A stretch of DNA of 64,000 bases from positions 248,001-312,000 of the forward strand of contig CP075497.1 of assembly GCA_021613535.1 (NCBI GenBank), read 5' to 3'. Positions within the stretch are counted from its first letter, which is position 1; every line of letters begins with the position of its first letter. This document shows, piece by piece, positions 1 through 12,415 of the stretch. The DNA comes from Adineta vaga (taxonomy: Eukaryota; Animalia; Rotifera). Made by a program: the position numbers and the translations under genes. The notes beneath the pieces were generated by a model that was not told the origin of the DNA, ran no database searches, and worked only from the letters and a program-made list of their open reading frames with translations.

Positions 1-187
1 TCTTCTTTCTTTCTATTCCTATTTTAATTTTATTGTCAATCATTGTTATTCTTATCAACATATATAATAAAGAAAGAAGATAAGAAGCTCGAACCGATTG
101 AAAGCATTCTTTATGCACTAAATAACTTTTTGATTTGATAGCATCTTATTCAAACTTCTAGATAGTACACAAACATTACTATTAGCA

Positions 188-2287
188 ATGGACATATCAG
201 AATCTAATAGAAAATTCTTGTTGAATATTTTCCAATATATTGCACCATCACATATAGCTTTATTCTTACGTCTTATTAGACTGTATCCAATGAATATTCT
301 CAACGATAATAGGAAGAGAGAACAAACGATTTTGACTATTGTTAATGAAGTTACTGGTAATAACTATCAAGCCGATATTTGGCCAAACATCATGTCGATT
401 AATCGTCTACCAGAGTTAGTTGAACAAGTTCTACTCAATGATGAACATCAACGATTATTATCGGCTATTGAAAAGTTACAAACAAGATTTGAATTACAAC
501 CACATCGTTTTCGAATCTATCAACTACTTCCAAAAATCAAAATATGTGTTATATGTGGAAATCAATTGGGAGAAGCCATTTTCGATGAAATATGCATTAT
601 TATAGGTCGTACTAATATAAATCATGGAGTACTTTATAAGAATGAATGCTGTAATATTGTTTATAAATATGGACATGCACGCAATCGACGAACACGTGAA
701 AGATTTGTTGTACCAAATGCAATATTCAAACAAGAATATATTCATTTATTCGATCATTTAATATATGAACGCTTATTGTTAATTGGATTTACTAATCTTA
801 TTCAACAAGCGGCATCGAACTTTCAAACATATACAAGTGCAACTAACGCTGATATTGATCAAAATCGACATTTTAATGAACAAGATTCTACTCAAGATAA
901 ACTGCAATCAAAATCGTTTGCATCAGTAAATATTGTTAAATGATTATCGATGAAAAAATTCTCATTTTTTTCGATTATTCTCATATTAGACTTGGATATG
1001 GTTTGAAATATCTCGATATCTATTGTTTATGACTAATTCACAGACCATTCAAATTCCAGATATTATCCAGCGCTTATCTCATGATTTATATTTCGAAGCA
1101 AACAGCCTTTATTTTTATGAACTTTTCGTTAAATTTTGGTCTCGACATGGGCAAGTCAAAGGATGTGAATGTCAAGCCAAAGACACATGTATGCTCAATT
1201 TTGTTTTTGACACACATATGAAGGCGCATCGATTAGTATGTGCATACACTGGATCATGTGATGAATCAATACCAGAATTAGGACCTGTAGCTATTGGCTG
1301 TCCTCGTCCACCACTTCGTTCATCATCAAGTATATTAAAAAATGAATTAGGTATGTACAGAGAAGATTGTTCATAATACAGTTGTTGATTCTATGTATTT
1401 TTTTCTTCGAAGTTAATGATAAGATGAAATGTAAATACTATTGTATAAATCATTACAATCAATCTTTAATTAAAAATGATTCACACGATCCTTTAGTTAC
1501 TGAAGCACTTGAACGAGATCGTATTGCAGATTTATTCGAAGCAAATGATGAATGTACCGTTCATCGTGATGAAGATGATAGAGAACATAAACGACGTACT
1601 GCTGGATTTATGGCTATAGTATCCAATTGTAACATTATCATAGGATGGAATGAAAGTGTTCGTTCTGAAGGAATGCGTCGTAATACTTATCATCTATTAA
1701 AATACCTTCATTTAGGTGGAATATTACCACCAGCTGCTGCATATGATTCAGCATGTACTTTTATTGCATATTTAAAAAATCAATATTGTTTATCAATTCA
1801 ACAATCACCTTATGTCGATGAGTTATTACAAAAAAAATACTGTATTGATAGATTTCATAGACGTAACCATACACGACCTGAATGTAAATCAACGTTATCA
1901 TGTTCACATCCTGATAATCGCCCATTTTTCGATAATGAAAATACACAAGTGTGTGAACAATTATTTTCTCATTTCACAAAACTCAAAGCTACTTTACGAT
2001 CAATTGCCTGGCCATACTCGAACATCTTCTATTGTATTATTTTCCACTTGCGAAACTGTTTTTATACAAATATTTTTCCAGATAATTTGTATTTATCTGT
2101 TGATTCAAATATTCCACCACCAACTATGAAATTGATTCCATGGAATCAAATTTTGGTAAGAATTAAATAAATTTATTCAACTATAGATACATAAATCAAA
2201 TATTTTCCTTCATAGACGCATAATGGTTATCAAAATGACAAAACAAAAGAAGAAAGTGATGAGGATGATTTGGATGATGCATATTGA
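188..2287 (+). CDS. KDZ (Kyakuja-Dileera-Zisupton) family transposase with Cys-cluster domain, intron-containing, apparently intact
   Basis: Exons 188-925, 990-1351, 1413-2155 and 2216-2287 splice in frame through GT-AG introns. Motifs: CVIC..CC cysteine cluster, FVFDTHMK (D), AYDSAC (D), IDRFHRRNH, NTQVCEQLFS (E), acidic tail. An extra upstream exon is possible. Confidence 0.8.
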
Positions 2288-3655
2288 ATATGAGTTAATC
2301 TAATAAACAACAGATAATGTTTATAATGATGAAAGTTGTCAATATCTATCCTCGTTATATCTCATGCTGTTAAAGCAATTGCTTAATATCCTCATTATTG
2401 TATATTTAATCTACATTATGCATTGTAATTCGAAAAAATATTTTGAATATGTGATCTCGTATTAAAATTATATGAAAAAATCGTCATCTTTCATTTAATA
2501 TATTTCTCAACATTCATAATCTTTTATTGTAAATTAACTAACGAAATCCATAGAACAAAAACCACATTTCCATTTTATCAATCATCGACATCATTGACAT
2601 ATGAATTGCTACATTTACTAGTCGTCACACAATTATCTTACGATATGTTTCCTTTGGATCATTTTTGTTGATTGTTGTCGAATTGCATATTTTCTATCTT
2701 TTCAATATGAAAATATAGAATTAAAGTACATAAGATATTGTTTATTTCTCTCTTAATCGAAACAATTAAAGACATAGAATCGATTGAGTACGATATTGCT
2801 ACAAGAATATAACTTTCAATTAGTATTGAGATTTCAATATTCATATACACATCAATGCTGTACTGTTCATAATAAAACAAAGAATTCTCTCTCTTCAATC
2901 AAGAATTACATGTGATGGCGGAAAAGATTTAGTATCTACAACATTACAGCTGATCTCATGAATTTCTCTATAAAATATGACTTCGTTTAAATCTCTCTCG
3001 TTGATGCTGGTACAAAACATAGCACTAGTTATAAATTTCATGAAAGTAATCTACCGGTAAATATGTTTGAAAATTTATGCCTCATGAGATTATCTATAAT
3101 GAAAATATCTTGTTGACTCGAATAAACGACGAATTGGAACTTCTAAATAAAGATTATTGTTTAGTATCAATCATGGCTTTCTTTCGCTCATATATTTGAC
3201 TTGTGCATGATATTTTATTATTTTATGATTTTTATGATAAAATTCTTTTTCAACTTATTCTCGTATTAATTAATTCACAAACAGTGACAGAAAATTAAAA
3301 AACAAACAATTCTTTCGAAATAAATTATCACATTTTTTTTGTTTATTTCTGTCGAATAGCATTGGACTATGAAAGAACAAATCAAAGAAATCAATAGATG
3401 GCATATTATTCATTTCACGTTTATTGTCCTCTAATCTCTTTATGAAAATCATATCTATCTATGTAGTAAAATTTGGACATAAAGGAAAACTACACATATA
3501 AATCAATAAATAAACACGATACTTAGGTATCTTTTCATATCTCAAGTGTCCAATTCTGATCGTTTATTCTGCGTAAATACCATCATTTCTACTGTTATTT
3601 TCATGTTGTTTTTTCAGATTCGTTTATTTTTGAAAGATCTTTTATTGAATTGAAT

Positions 3656-5595
3656 ATGTTTAATGAAACTGAAATCATTCTAGAAAACCTGAAATCGATT
3701 TCTTTCGAGTAAGTGCTTCAGATATGACTTTGTCAAGTAAATTTTACTCTTATCTCATGATAGAGAAAATCTTCTCGAGCGATATGAGATGAATATTTCA
3801 TCTTCAAATACAAATCATGGTAAATATTTTTGATATTGGTGTATTAAAACAACCTCTGTGATTTTATCTGTTTAAGATAAAACATCCGGTCGATTTTGTG
3901 CTCGTGGAAGAGCCGTTCGTGCATATACAAATATTTTGCGATTTGGTTTTGAAAAAAATTCGTTGTCGTCAACATATGAAAATATTTCAGACAGCGATAA
4001 AATTGTTACAGAACAACAATCATCAATATCACAGGCAGCACTACAAAATGAATATCAACAGAAGAATTTATCCTTGGATATGCAAAAGGATCCATCTTTG
4101 GATATGCCAAATAGTTCGTCTTTGAATATAGAAAACAAGTAAGTTTGGATGTTGAAATAAATTTCAATCAAAAAAACAATAACGCTTTAGATAATTTTGA
4201 CATAATAGATAGAGAGTGCAATGTTAATAGAAATAATGACTGAGTTTCCTGATTTATCGTTGAAAATCTGGAAGTATTCGGTTAAAAAAGATTAAGAGTG
4301 CTTATGAGTTGAAGTTTTTGATAGTTGATAGAAAGAAAACGTATAATTATTTTTGTCTTTGTTTAGAAATGAATCAGAAAAGATCTTCATTGATCGCCAT
4401 AGTTTGTCTCGTATCGAAATTGAAGAAGAAATTGGAAATATGGTCAGAAATGTGTTGCGATTTGAACGTGGAAAATCATCTGAACAATTATATATGGGTG
4501 ATTCTCATTGTCATTTCGATGTACTTTTCGAAAAGTAATATAATTCTTAATAATTTTTTTCTTTCTCAGCTTATCTATTACATAGATTAAATTGCCCTAA
4601 TCAATCAATATGGTCGTATATTAAATATAATTATAAAATATATGAATATGGTATCGACATGCAGTTGATTATTCAAGTATATTTTGCACCAAAGCATTTT
4701 AACCGTGGTAAATAGAAATTTATATAAATATACATATTCAGTATTGATAATATTATTTACCCTCTATCTTCAGATAATTGGCTTATGATATATTCTAAAT
4801 ATATGGACCATGATATTATATATGGGAAATGCGGTTTACATCCTGTATTTGCTCATCATTTCAATCTTCAAATGGAATTGAATATTCGCAAAGCAATCAA
4901 CCATCCTCGAGTGGTTGCCATTGGAGAAATCGGACTGGATTTCCGTAGGTATGATCATATAGGTTAGAAATGAGTTAAAAATTTATTCATGAATTTATTT
5001 ACTTTTAGTGCACTTCGACCATCTGAAGAATCTCAAATTTATGCGTTCGTTCAGCAGTTATCTATCGCTCGTGAGAAAAACCTTCCAGTAGTAATTCACT
5101 CACAGGAAAGCTTCATGGAAACATTGGAAATTCTATGTCAAGTAGGAACAGTTTCTAATGAAAACGATATATAACTGAACGTTCTATTATCATCTTAGGA
5201 ATTGCCAAAGAATTACCCGTTATGCTGGAGACACTTTGAATATTCCTTGGAAGAATTGGATATGTTGAAGTCGAGATTCACAAATGCATATTTCGCATGT
5301 AGCCCATGCATATTCATAAATCAAAATTTTAAAAATGTTATTCAACGATTGAATATCAATTGCTTACTTATCGAAAGTGTATCCCCACATTTAATGCTCA
5401 ATGAGGTAAGATATTTCATACCTTACTTTAATACGAAGGATGACTTTTTCGTTTTAGTGTCCTCATGTGTGGGACACTCATCCGATATTCGTTGCGAAAG
5501 TGCATGAATATGTTTCAGCAATATTTAATTTGTCTATTCATGAAACGGCACATCGAATTATTTCCAACATGAAAACGTTTTACAAGATAAACTAA
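3656..5595 (+). CDS. TatD-family TIM-barrel nuclease with N-terminal extension, atypical active site
   Basis: About 9 exons join in frame. Motifs DSHCHFD, GLHP, VVAIGEIGLDF, LPVVIHS, LLIESVSP (canonical ETD). Stop TAA at 5593-5595. Confidence 0.85.
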
Positions 5596-6250
5596 ACTTC
5601 GATGCCTTATAATGATATTGTTTGCATATTTTGTTATTAGTTATTTGTTTCTTTTTTTATTATTGTTTTCTTTTGAAAGCCCAACTATGAATGAACATCA
5701 TATTGTCTATTTGTTATTAACATCACAATTTTTGCATATTTGAATAAACAAATGCATAATAAAAAAAGAACAAGTCTAAATAAAATCAATCATCGCTATT
5801 GTTATTTATATTACACGAATTTCTCACTGAAACGATATCAATATCTTCCAATCTTGATTGAAAGTGAAAGTCTATTAACAGCTTATTCATGTATCTTACA
5901 CAGATAATGACAAAAATCAACAAATGATTTTTCATTTGACTTTATTTATTCTACGACATTGAGTTAGAATTCTATTAAATGATTGGCATTCCAGATCGAT
6001 CGCTATATGGCATGTATTCTTTCGAACTTCCACAGTTGAGTGAAACTTGAAACCTGAGTCTAATTCAAAGTTTCATCGATGTTTCCACTCAACATTAAAC
6101 GAATTGAATCTATTTGCTATACTTCCATAAAAACATTCCGGTTCAAAAGTATTAATTTTTCTGCGTATTATGAATGATCGATTACGTAACAACACATGGT
6201 TATGCTCTTTTTATTTCCCTTTTCAATGGCGGCAAATTCGATGACTCAAG

Positions 6251-6615
6251 TTAACATGGGTACGGTATATACATATCTATATATCTATATATAAATGAAA
6301 CTATATCTATTCCTATATTCCTAACTTAACATGGGTGGGGTATATATATCTATATATAAATGAAACTATATCTATTCCTATATTCCTAACATAACATGGG
6401 TGAGGTATATATATCTATATATAAATGAAACTATATCTATTCCTATATTCCTAACATAACATGGGTGAGGTATATACATCTATATATAAATGAAACTATA
6501 TCTATTCCTATATTCCTAACATAACATGGGTGAGGTATATATATCTATATATCTATATATAAATGAAACTATATCTATTCTTATATTCCTAACTTAACAT
6601 GGGTGAGGTATATAT
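6251..6615. repeat. Tandem array of about 5.3 copies of a 65-bp unit
   Basis: Unit WTAACATGGGTGAGGTATATATATCTATATATAAATGAAACTATATCTATTCCTATATTCCTAAC starts at 6251, 6326, 6391, 6456, 6521 and 6594. Confidence 0.95.
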
Positions 6616-6733
6616 GTATATATATATATATATATATTTATATTGATGTATATATATATTTATATTGATGTATATATATATTTATATTTATATGTACATA
6701 TTTATATTTATATATATATATATATATTTATAT
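6608..6733. repeat. Imperfect (TA)n microsatellite
   Basis: TA runs with repeated TTTATATTGATG interruptions. Confidence 0.9.
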
Positions 6734-6790
6734 TCGAATTGATATGATGCTTGTGAGTGTCCATTTATATTATAACTATAATTAGGCAGC

Positions 6791-7849
6791 TCATGGATTG
6801 ACTTTCATTATAAACAGAATTCCTACCTGATCAGGATTCCGCGCAGCTTTTTCAGCAAATCTGAGCGATATTTTACGCTTATAACTTGTTGATAAAAAAC
6901 TATTAAATGAAATGAGACCACCTTTGTTTTGTTGCAATTGTTCGAAGTCAATGGTGGAAAGACCTTCTCCACGAAACAATACTATCATAGTATGTAATGA
7001 TACAACACCAAACTGTTGTTGATAAAGTTGTTCAATATGTTGATGAAGATCTTTGATAAAGAAAGCCATTCGTATGATAATATCTCCATCCAACAATCGT
7101 AATGCTTGATTGAGCATTGGATGTAAAAAACAATGAAAAGTATAGCACCAGATGGGTGTATTCTCTACATATGCATTTTCTATTTTCTGAATGCTTTTCA
7201 TATCATCTAAATTGTTAGCAAAGACCTGTCGACAGTAGTTGATAAAATCTTGTCGATGAGTTTCATTAAAATGAATTGTAAATAAGACTTCTTTAATGAT
7301 TTGTGTGTACATGAAAGAAGGCGGAAGTTGATCTGCTCTCTTTCCAGATGCAACGATACTGATTGGTGTTGCATTTAGTTCTACTAGTTCGACTGTTTGT
7401 TTGAGTGCTTGACAAATTGGTTGAATATCTGTGAACACATCTTTGATCTTTGACCAATCTTTTGTCCATTGTTGATGACGTTTTTTGTCACCACAAAATA
7501 TAAAAATGGAGTCTATTTGAGCCATGTCATGTATACAAGGTACAATATGTTGTCCAAGAAAACCAGAAATAATCATACAAACCTTGTTATTGTGAATAGA
7601 TTCAATGAATTCAATACATTCATTACTATTTGTGAATGTATTAATATCACTAATAACGTTTTGTAATTGATGAATAGTATTTTGATAATCTTCACTATAT
7701 TCGTTGATGTTACTATCCAACCAAATGAGAAGAACATTTTGAAGTTTTTGCTTTCTTTCATGTCGACGACTAAGATTATCTTTGGAAATTACTGATGTAT
7801 TTCCCCTAGTATTAGTGTTGTTTGAAGCTGTCGAGTTGTTTTTACTCAT
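6791..7849 (-). pseudogene. 5' part of a receiver-like/ADP-ribosyltransferase(-TPR) gene, truncated within the ART domain
   Basis: Collinear with the N-terminal third of 41354-44524 (LIWLD, SFMYTQ, LFRGEG, FLSTS, GILF). It stops before the E-x-E motif and the TPRs. Confidence 0.85.
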
Positions 7850-8949
7850 TGTTTATCGCTATGGATCAAATTTTGTCGATGAAAGTATGAAGAAAAATAA
7901 TTTCTTTCTATAGATCTTTTCTTCCTTTCGGATGTAAAACAAATTTATTTAGCGACGTCAACTATTACTTTGTTATCAGCTTTCTTATCGGTTGTCAAGT
8001 GAAAGTTGGAAGAAATTCGTTTATTTGGTTATTATATTATATGGTTTTGTGTGCTCAAAAGGTGAGTACACGATAACTCCGCACATCTTGAGGGGTGGGT
8101 GAGATTGATTTGTAAATATGTTACCCTCATACTCGATATAGTTCTTCTCATATTAGTTCTAAGTAGTAAATTGGTGATTGTGAATGTTAATGTCGAGAAG
8201 AATAGGTAGACGTGTTTGATTGAAGCAATAAACAGAATTATTTTGTTTAATGAGAACAAAAGAAAAATATAACAAGTGTGATTGGAGTACTTATGATATA
8301 GAAATTACAAGAGCAGAAATCAACATGATTTTCATCGAAGTTATCGTATCATCAAATGATTATCCGTAATCAATATCTGCGTGTTAATATCCAATAAGAG
8401 TGTTTCTTCTAATAAATAAAAACGAAAAAACAGATCATTCACTTTTTGACAAAAATAACTAAAACACTTACGATTGACAAGAGTAACATAGTTCATGGAA
8501 ATATCCGATTCGTCTCTTAGCACTTGTGTCTCTGTATAAAAGCTAGTGTTGTTCTCCATACTCATGCTCGCGAATAAGCATATCCGGTCTTTTGTAAACA
8601 TATCCTATTATTCCCATTCGAATTATTTAAGAACGTTCCAACTGCTGGGTGTGGGTGTGGGTGTGGTATATTTTTCATAATACCACCCACACCCTTTCAA
8701 ATGTCTTTTCTTATTTTTTTGTTCCTTTTATTAAATATTGATGAATGAAGTAAATAACAAGCTAAAAGAATTCTTGAGAGTGAGAGTGTGAATGTGGGTA
8801 AGAGTAACACATCCTTCCCTCACCTTCATCGACATCCTCAAGACGGAAAAAGAGATAAAGCATAGAGAAGAATGAGTAGTTGATGAGTTATATTAAATTG
8901 TTTTATATGATAATTGAATAAAAAAAAATAAAGAATTTTTGTTCTTTGT

Positions 8950-10672
8950 TTAAATAAGTTGAAATCTTTGAATACGATTATTGAACCAATCAGTAACATA
9001 CATATATGTTTCATTAGCATTTAAGGCTAATCCTATCGGATAATTCAGCATAGTAGCATTGGTTCCTGGAATACCATTAGAATTTCCTGCAATAGTAACA
9101 CCTTCACTCGCTCCTTGTTCCCATCGTTGAATTCGATGATTATTACTATCTACGATATACATAGCTCCTGTTTTCTTCGATATTCTAATATAATTTGGAC
9201 GATTTAATTGATTATTTCCAATTCCAACTCCATAACCACCAGCTACAACGATTCCAATATAGGGTCGTGTACCATTAATTGTATATCGTATTATTCTATG
9301 ATTATTTGAATCGGCAACATATAACCATGATTTATATCTATCAAATTCTAATCCAAATGGTCCATCAAGACCTGTCAAAGTATTTTCTGGTATATCATGA
9401 CCAGCAATAGTTGTGGCATTAGTAGAATTTCGTGGCCAAACTACAACAATATTTCCCCAATAAGCAGCAGCAAATATATTCTTATTATTATCAATCTGTA
9501 TTCCAGCTGGTCCATCCAAATGATTCGCTCCCGATCCATCAATATATCCACTACTTATAACGACAATTGGTGATGGTAATTTAACATTTTGTATATTTGA
9601 ATATAATATAATTCGAGCATCACTATAATCACTAACATAAAGATCATATTCGCCATTTCTATCATCAATATATAAATCATAAGGAGATTGTAGTGAAGAA
9701 CCAGGAGCCCATTCAGTTGCCACTATTGAAATATTTCTATAGGTCGTACTAGCATCCCATATAGCTACAATACGATTATTATTTTGATCTACAATAACAA
9801 TTGAATCAATATCTATACCAAACACACCAATTCCTGAAAATCCACTAAGACCAATAGTTGAATTACTATCGACGATAGTTGTCCCATCCATAATTGTTGT
9901 AGCAGAAAGAATTGATAATGCTATAAATAGAAGAAAAAAAAAAGTATTTACTTTTTTAATTGAACGCATAAAGTTGAAGTATTCAAGTAATTTATATAAG
10001 ATCAAATATGAAAGTAGAAGGAGAATATTATTTCTATTTCTCAATTACTTTGTACTGTAAAATACTATCTGGAAGACAATGAAAAACAAAAACGAAATAT
10101 TTATAAAACTTACGACCACATTGATTAAATTGTAAACATATATAATTAAGATCTTCTCGACACATATTCATATCTTGTTGACAAGATGCACCTAAGATAG
10201 GTAATTGTGGAATACACATAGAAATCGATGAATTCCAATATGTATGTGGCATACATTCACATAATAAACTTGTACTACATTGTAAATATCGACTATGATG
10301 ACAAGTAGAAGAACATAAACTATTGTATTCAAGAAAAAGATCTGATGAAAATTGAATTGTACCAACTTTTGAATTCGATGATGATGATAAAACAATACTT
10401 CCTAATGTATTTGTATCACCTTCAAATAATCGACATTGTTTAGGTATATCTACTTCATAATCAAAGATACGACATTGAACATTATTAGTACATTGAATAA
10501 AACATTGCATGAATGAAGACATAAATGTTGTTGAAATTAATTGAGCAGATAAATTAACAGGAACAAATTTAGTACCTGGATTTGATATAATAATTAAGGC
10601 TGTATAAATTGTTTGAGAATAAATTAAATTAAATATTGAAAGAAAAAGATTCAATTGATATATCATCGACAT
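8950..10672 (-). CDS. Secreted PAN/apple-like plus Cys-rich plus NHL-repeat beta-propeller protein
   Basis: Exon 1 (about 10672-10114: signal peptide, CFIQC..CRIFDY..CRLFE, Cys-rich segment) splices to exon 2 (9920-8950: YVADSNNHRI, YIVDSNNHRI, YVTDWFNNRIQRF). Confidence 0.85.
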
Positions 10673-11019
10673 GTACGATGAATAACAGAGAAACATTATC
10701 AATGAAATGAAAGAATATTTATTGTATTAAAATATATTTCAAAATAAAATAATTCAATCTTTTCTCTAAACAATATACTTTTTTTTCTATAGAAAATGTA
10801 ATGAAATACTTCAATTAGAATACTTCAAATGAATATTTTAAACTAATGAATCTTTATTTTTCCTTTTTTGTTTGTTTTCTCTCTCGAAAGATAAATTAAA
10901 AAATAAAGATTGTTTTGTAAGAATATATTCGATTTATTATTTCAAATAGAAAAATAAAACTTTACTTTAATTCAATTTTTCAATTGAAATATAAATATTG
11001 TATATTTATACTATATAGA

Positions 11020-12415
11020 ATGGAATATAATATATGAACTAGAAATAGGTATTGACGGTAACCGTGGTATCAAATCATCATTGTTTTGATACAAAATGAT
11101 GAACTTATTAAGGGATGTGTGAATATTTTTGCTCAGACACATACCGATGAAAATAAAATCATCGTTGCTGATATTAATAAAGAAAGTATGATGACTGATG
11201 AATTAGAAATATTTTTTGACTTTAAATTATATTTTTGAAATTAATTTCATCATCAAAGATACGACAAGTAAACCATAATTATTATTCTATCAAATAATAT
11301 GACGAGAAAATAATCAATACTTATATACTTTTCATTAACGAGAATATATATAGAAGAATTTTTATATGATATGGGTGACGAATATAAAAAAAAAGCTAAG
11401 AAATACTTTGAAAATCATCTTTTAGAAGAAGATACATCTCAACATCGCTATAGTCTTAGTATATTATATCTATACTCTGAAAAGTGAATATCATTGACCA
11501 TTATCATATTTACATAGTACATACGATCAGTGCAAAACATTATTATCATCGATGATATTTATTCGCATCTAATAAAGAATTTGAAAATAATGAAGTTATC
11601 AGAATATATATTATTTCAATACAAATAATCCTGATGAAATATTGATTAATTATACGAAAGCTTTGAATATATATATATATTTCATATATAGGAATTTGTT
11701 TTCAAAATATTGAAATATATTCAAAAAAACATTACCCAATCATAATTGACACATAAAGAAAGTTTACTACTTAACATTGTTAATGTATACAAATTACAAG
11801 AAAATTATATAGGGATGTATTATAAACATGTTGAAAAAAATCTATTTTGTTAAATATTTGTCAATAATTCAATGTATAAATAATATTGATCTTATTGTTT
11901 ATAGGGCAAAACATATATATGAAGATACATTGAAATATTTCTTGGAATATTTAGAAAATAACGATGAATTCGAATTATCTATTACACAAGAGATATAATA
12001 TATGCGCATATTTATGGATATATTGCAAAAACTATTCGACTATTTAAAAGCTTTTGAATAAAGTAATATTATCTAAATATCTTGAAATTAAAAGAATATT
12101 ATTCAAATTTGTGATTATACTGATGATTTTATTCAACGAACTTAAATCTTCTATTACAAAAAGAAATATCAACATTCTGAATATTGATGATGAGAATAAT
12201 TATATTCGATATTAAATCTTTTACTTATATTTTACAAAAAGATAATATCAATGCTCTACAATGTTATGAAAAATCTTTGGAAATTTTCTGATGTATCGAG
12301 ACAGATGAAGATCAATCAATATAATTATAATGAAAGTTTATTAAATTATTCACAAACATTAAAAATAAAGAAAAAAAATTGAAGCAGATAATCATATTTT
12401 AATTAACAATATTAA
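11020..12415 (+). pseudogene. Heavily decayed ART-TPR gene, interrupted by piggyBac and probably continuing to about 14830
   Basis: Remnant IVADINKESMMTDELEIFF (ART E-x-E) at about 11160-11220, TPR remnants such as ALQCYEKSLEIF at about 12250, many stops and frameshifts. Confidence 0.6.

Larger units (their letters stand above)
1..6792 (+). mobile_element. Putative right arm of a large KDZ/Zisupton-like DNA transposon (left end outside the window)
   Basis: Order is transposase, TatD, subterminal tandem array, then an abrupt junction at about 6792 that truncates a host ART gene in mid-domain. Confidence 0.55.

Noticed and set aside
2290-3500. Extra gene between the KDZ transposase and TatD (ORFs 2659-2898, 3270-3452)
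   Set aside because: No motif and no consistent splice model could be built.
6251-6615. CRISPR-like array
   Set aside because: Units are contiguous with no unique spacers, there are no cas genes and the context is eukaryotic.
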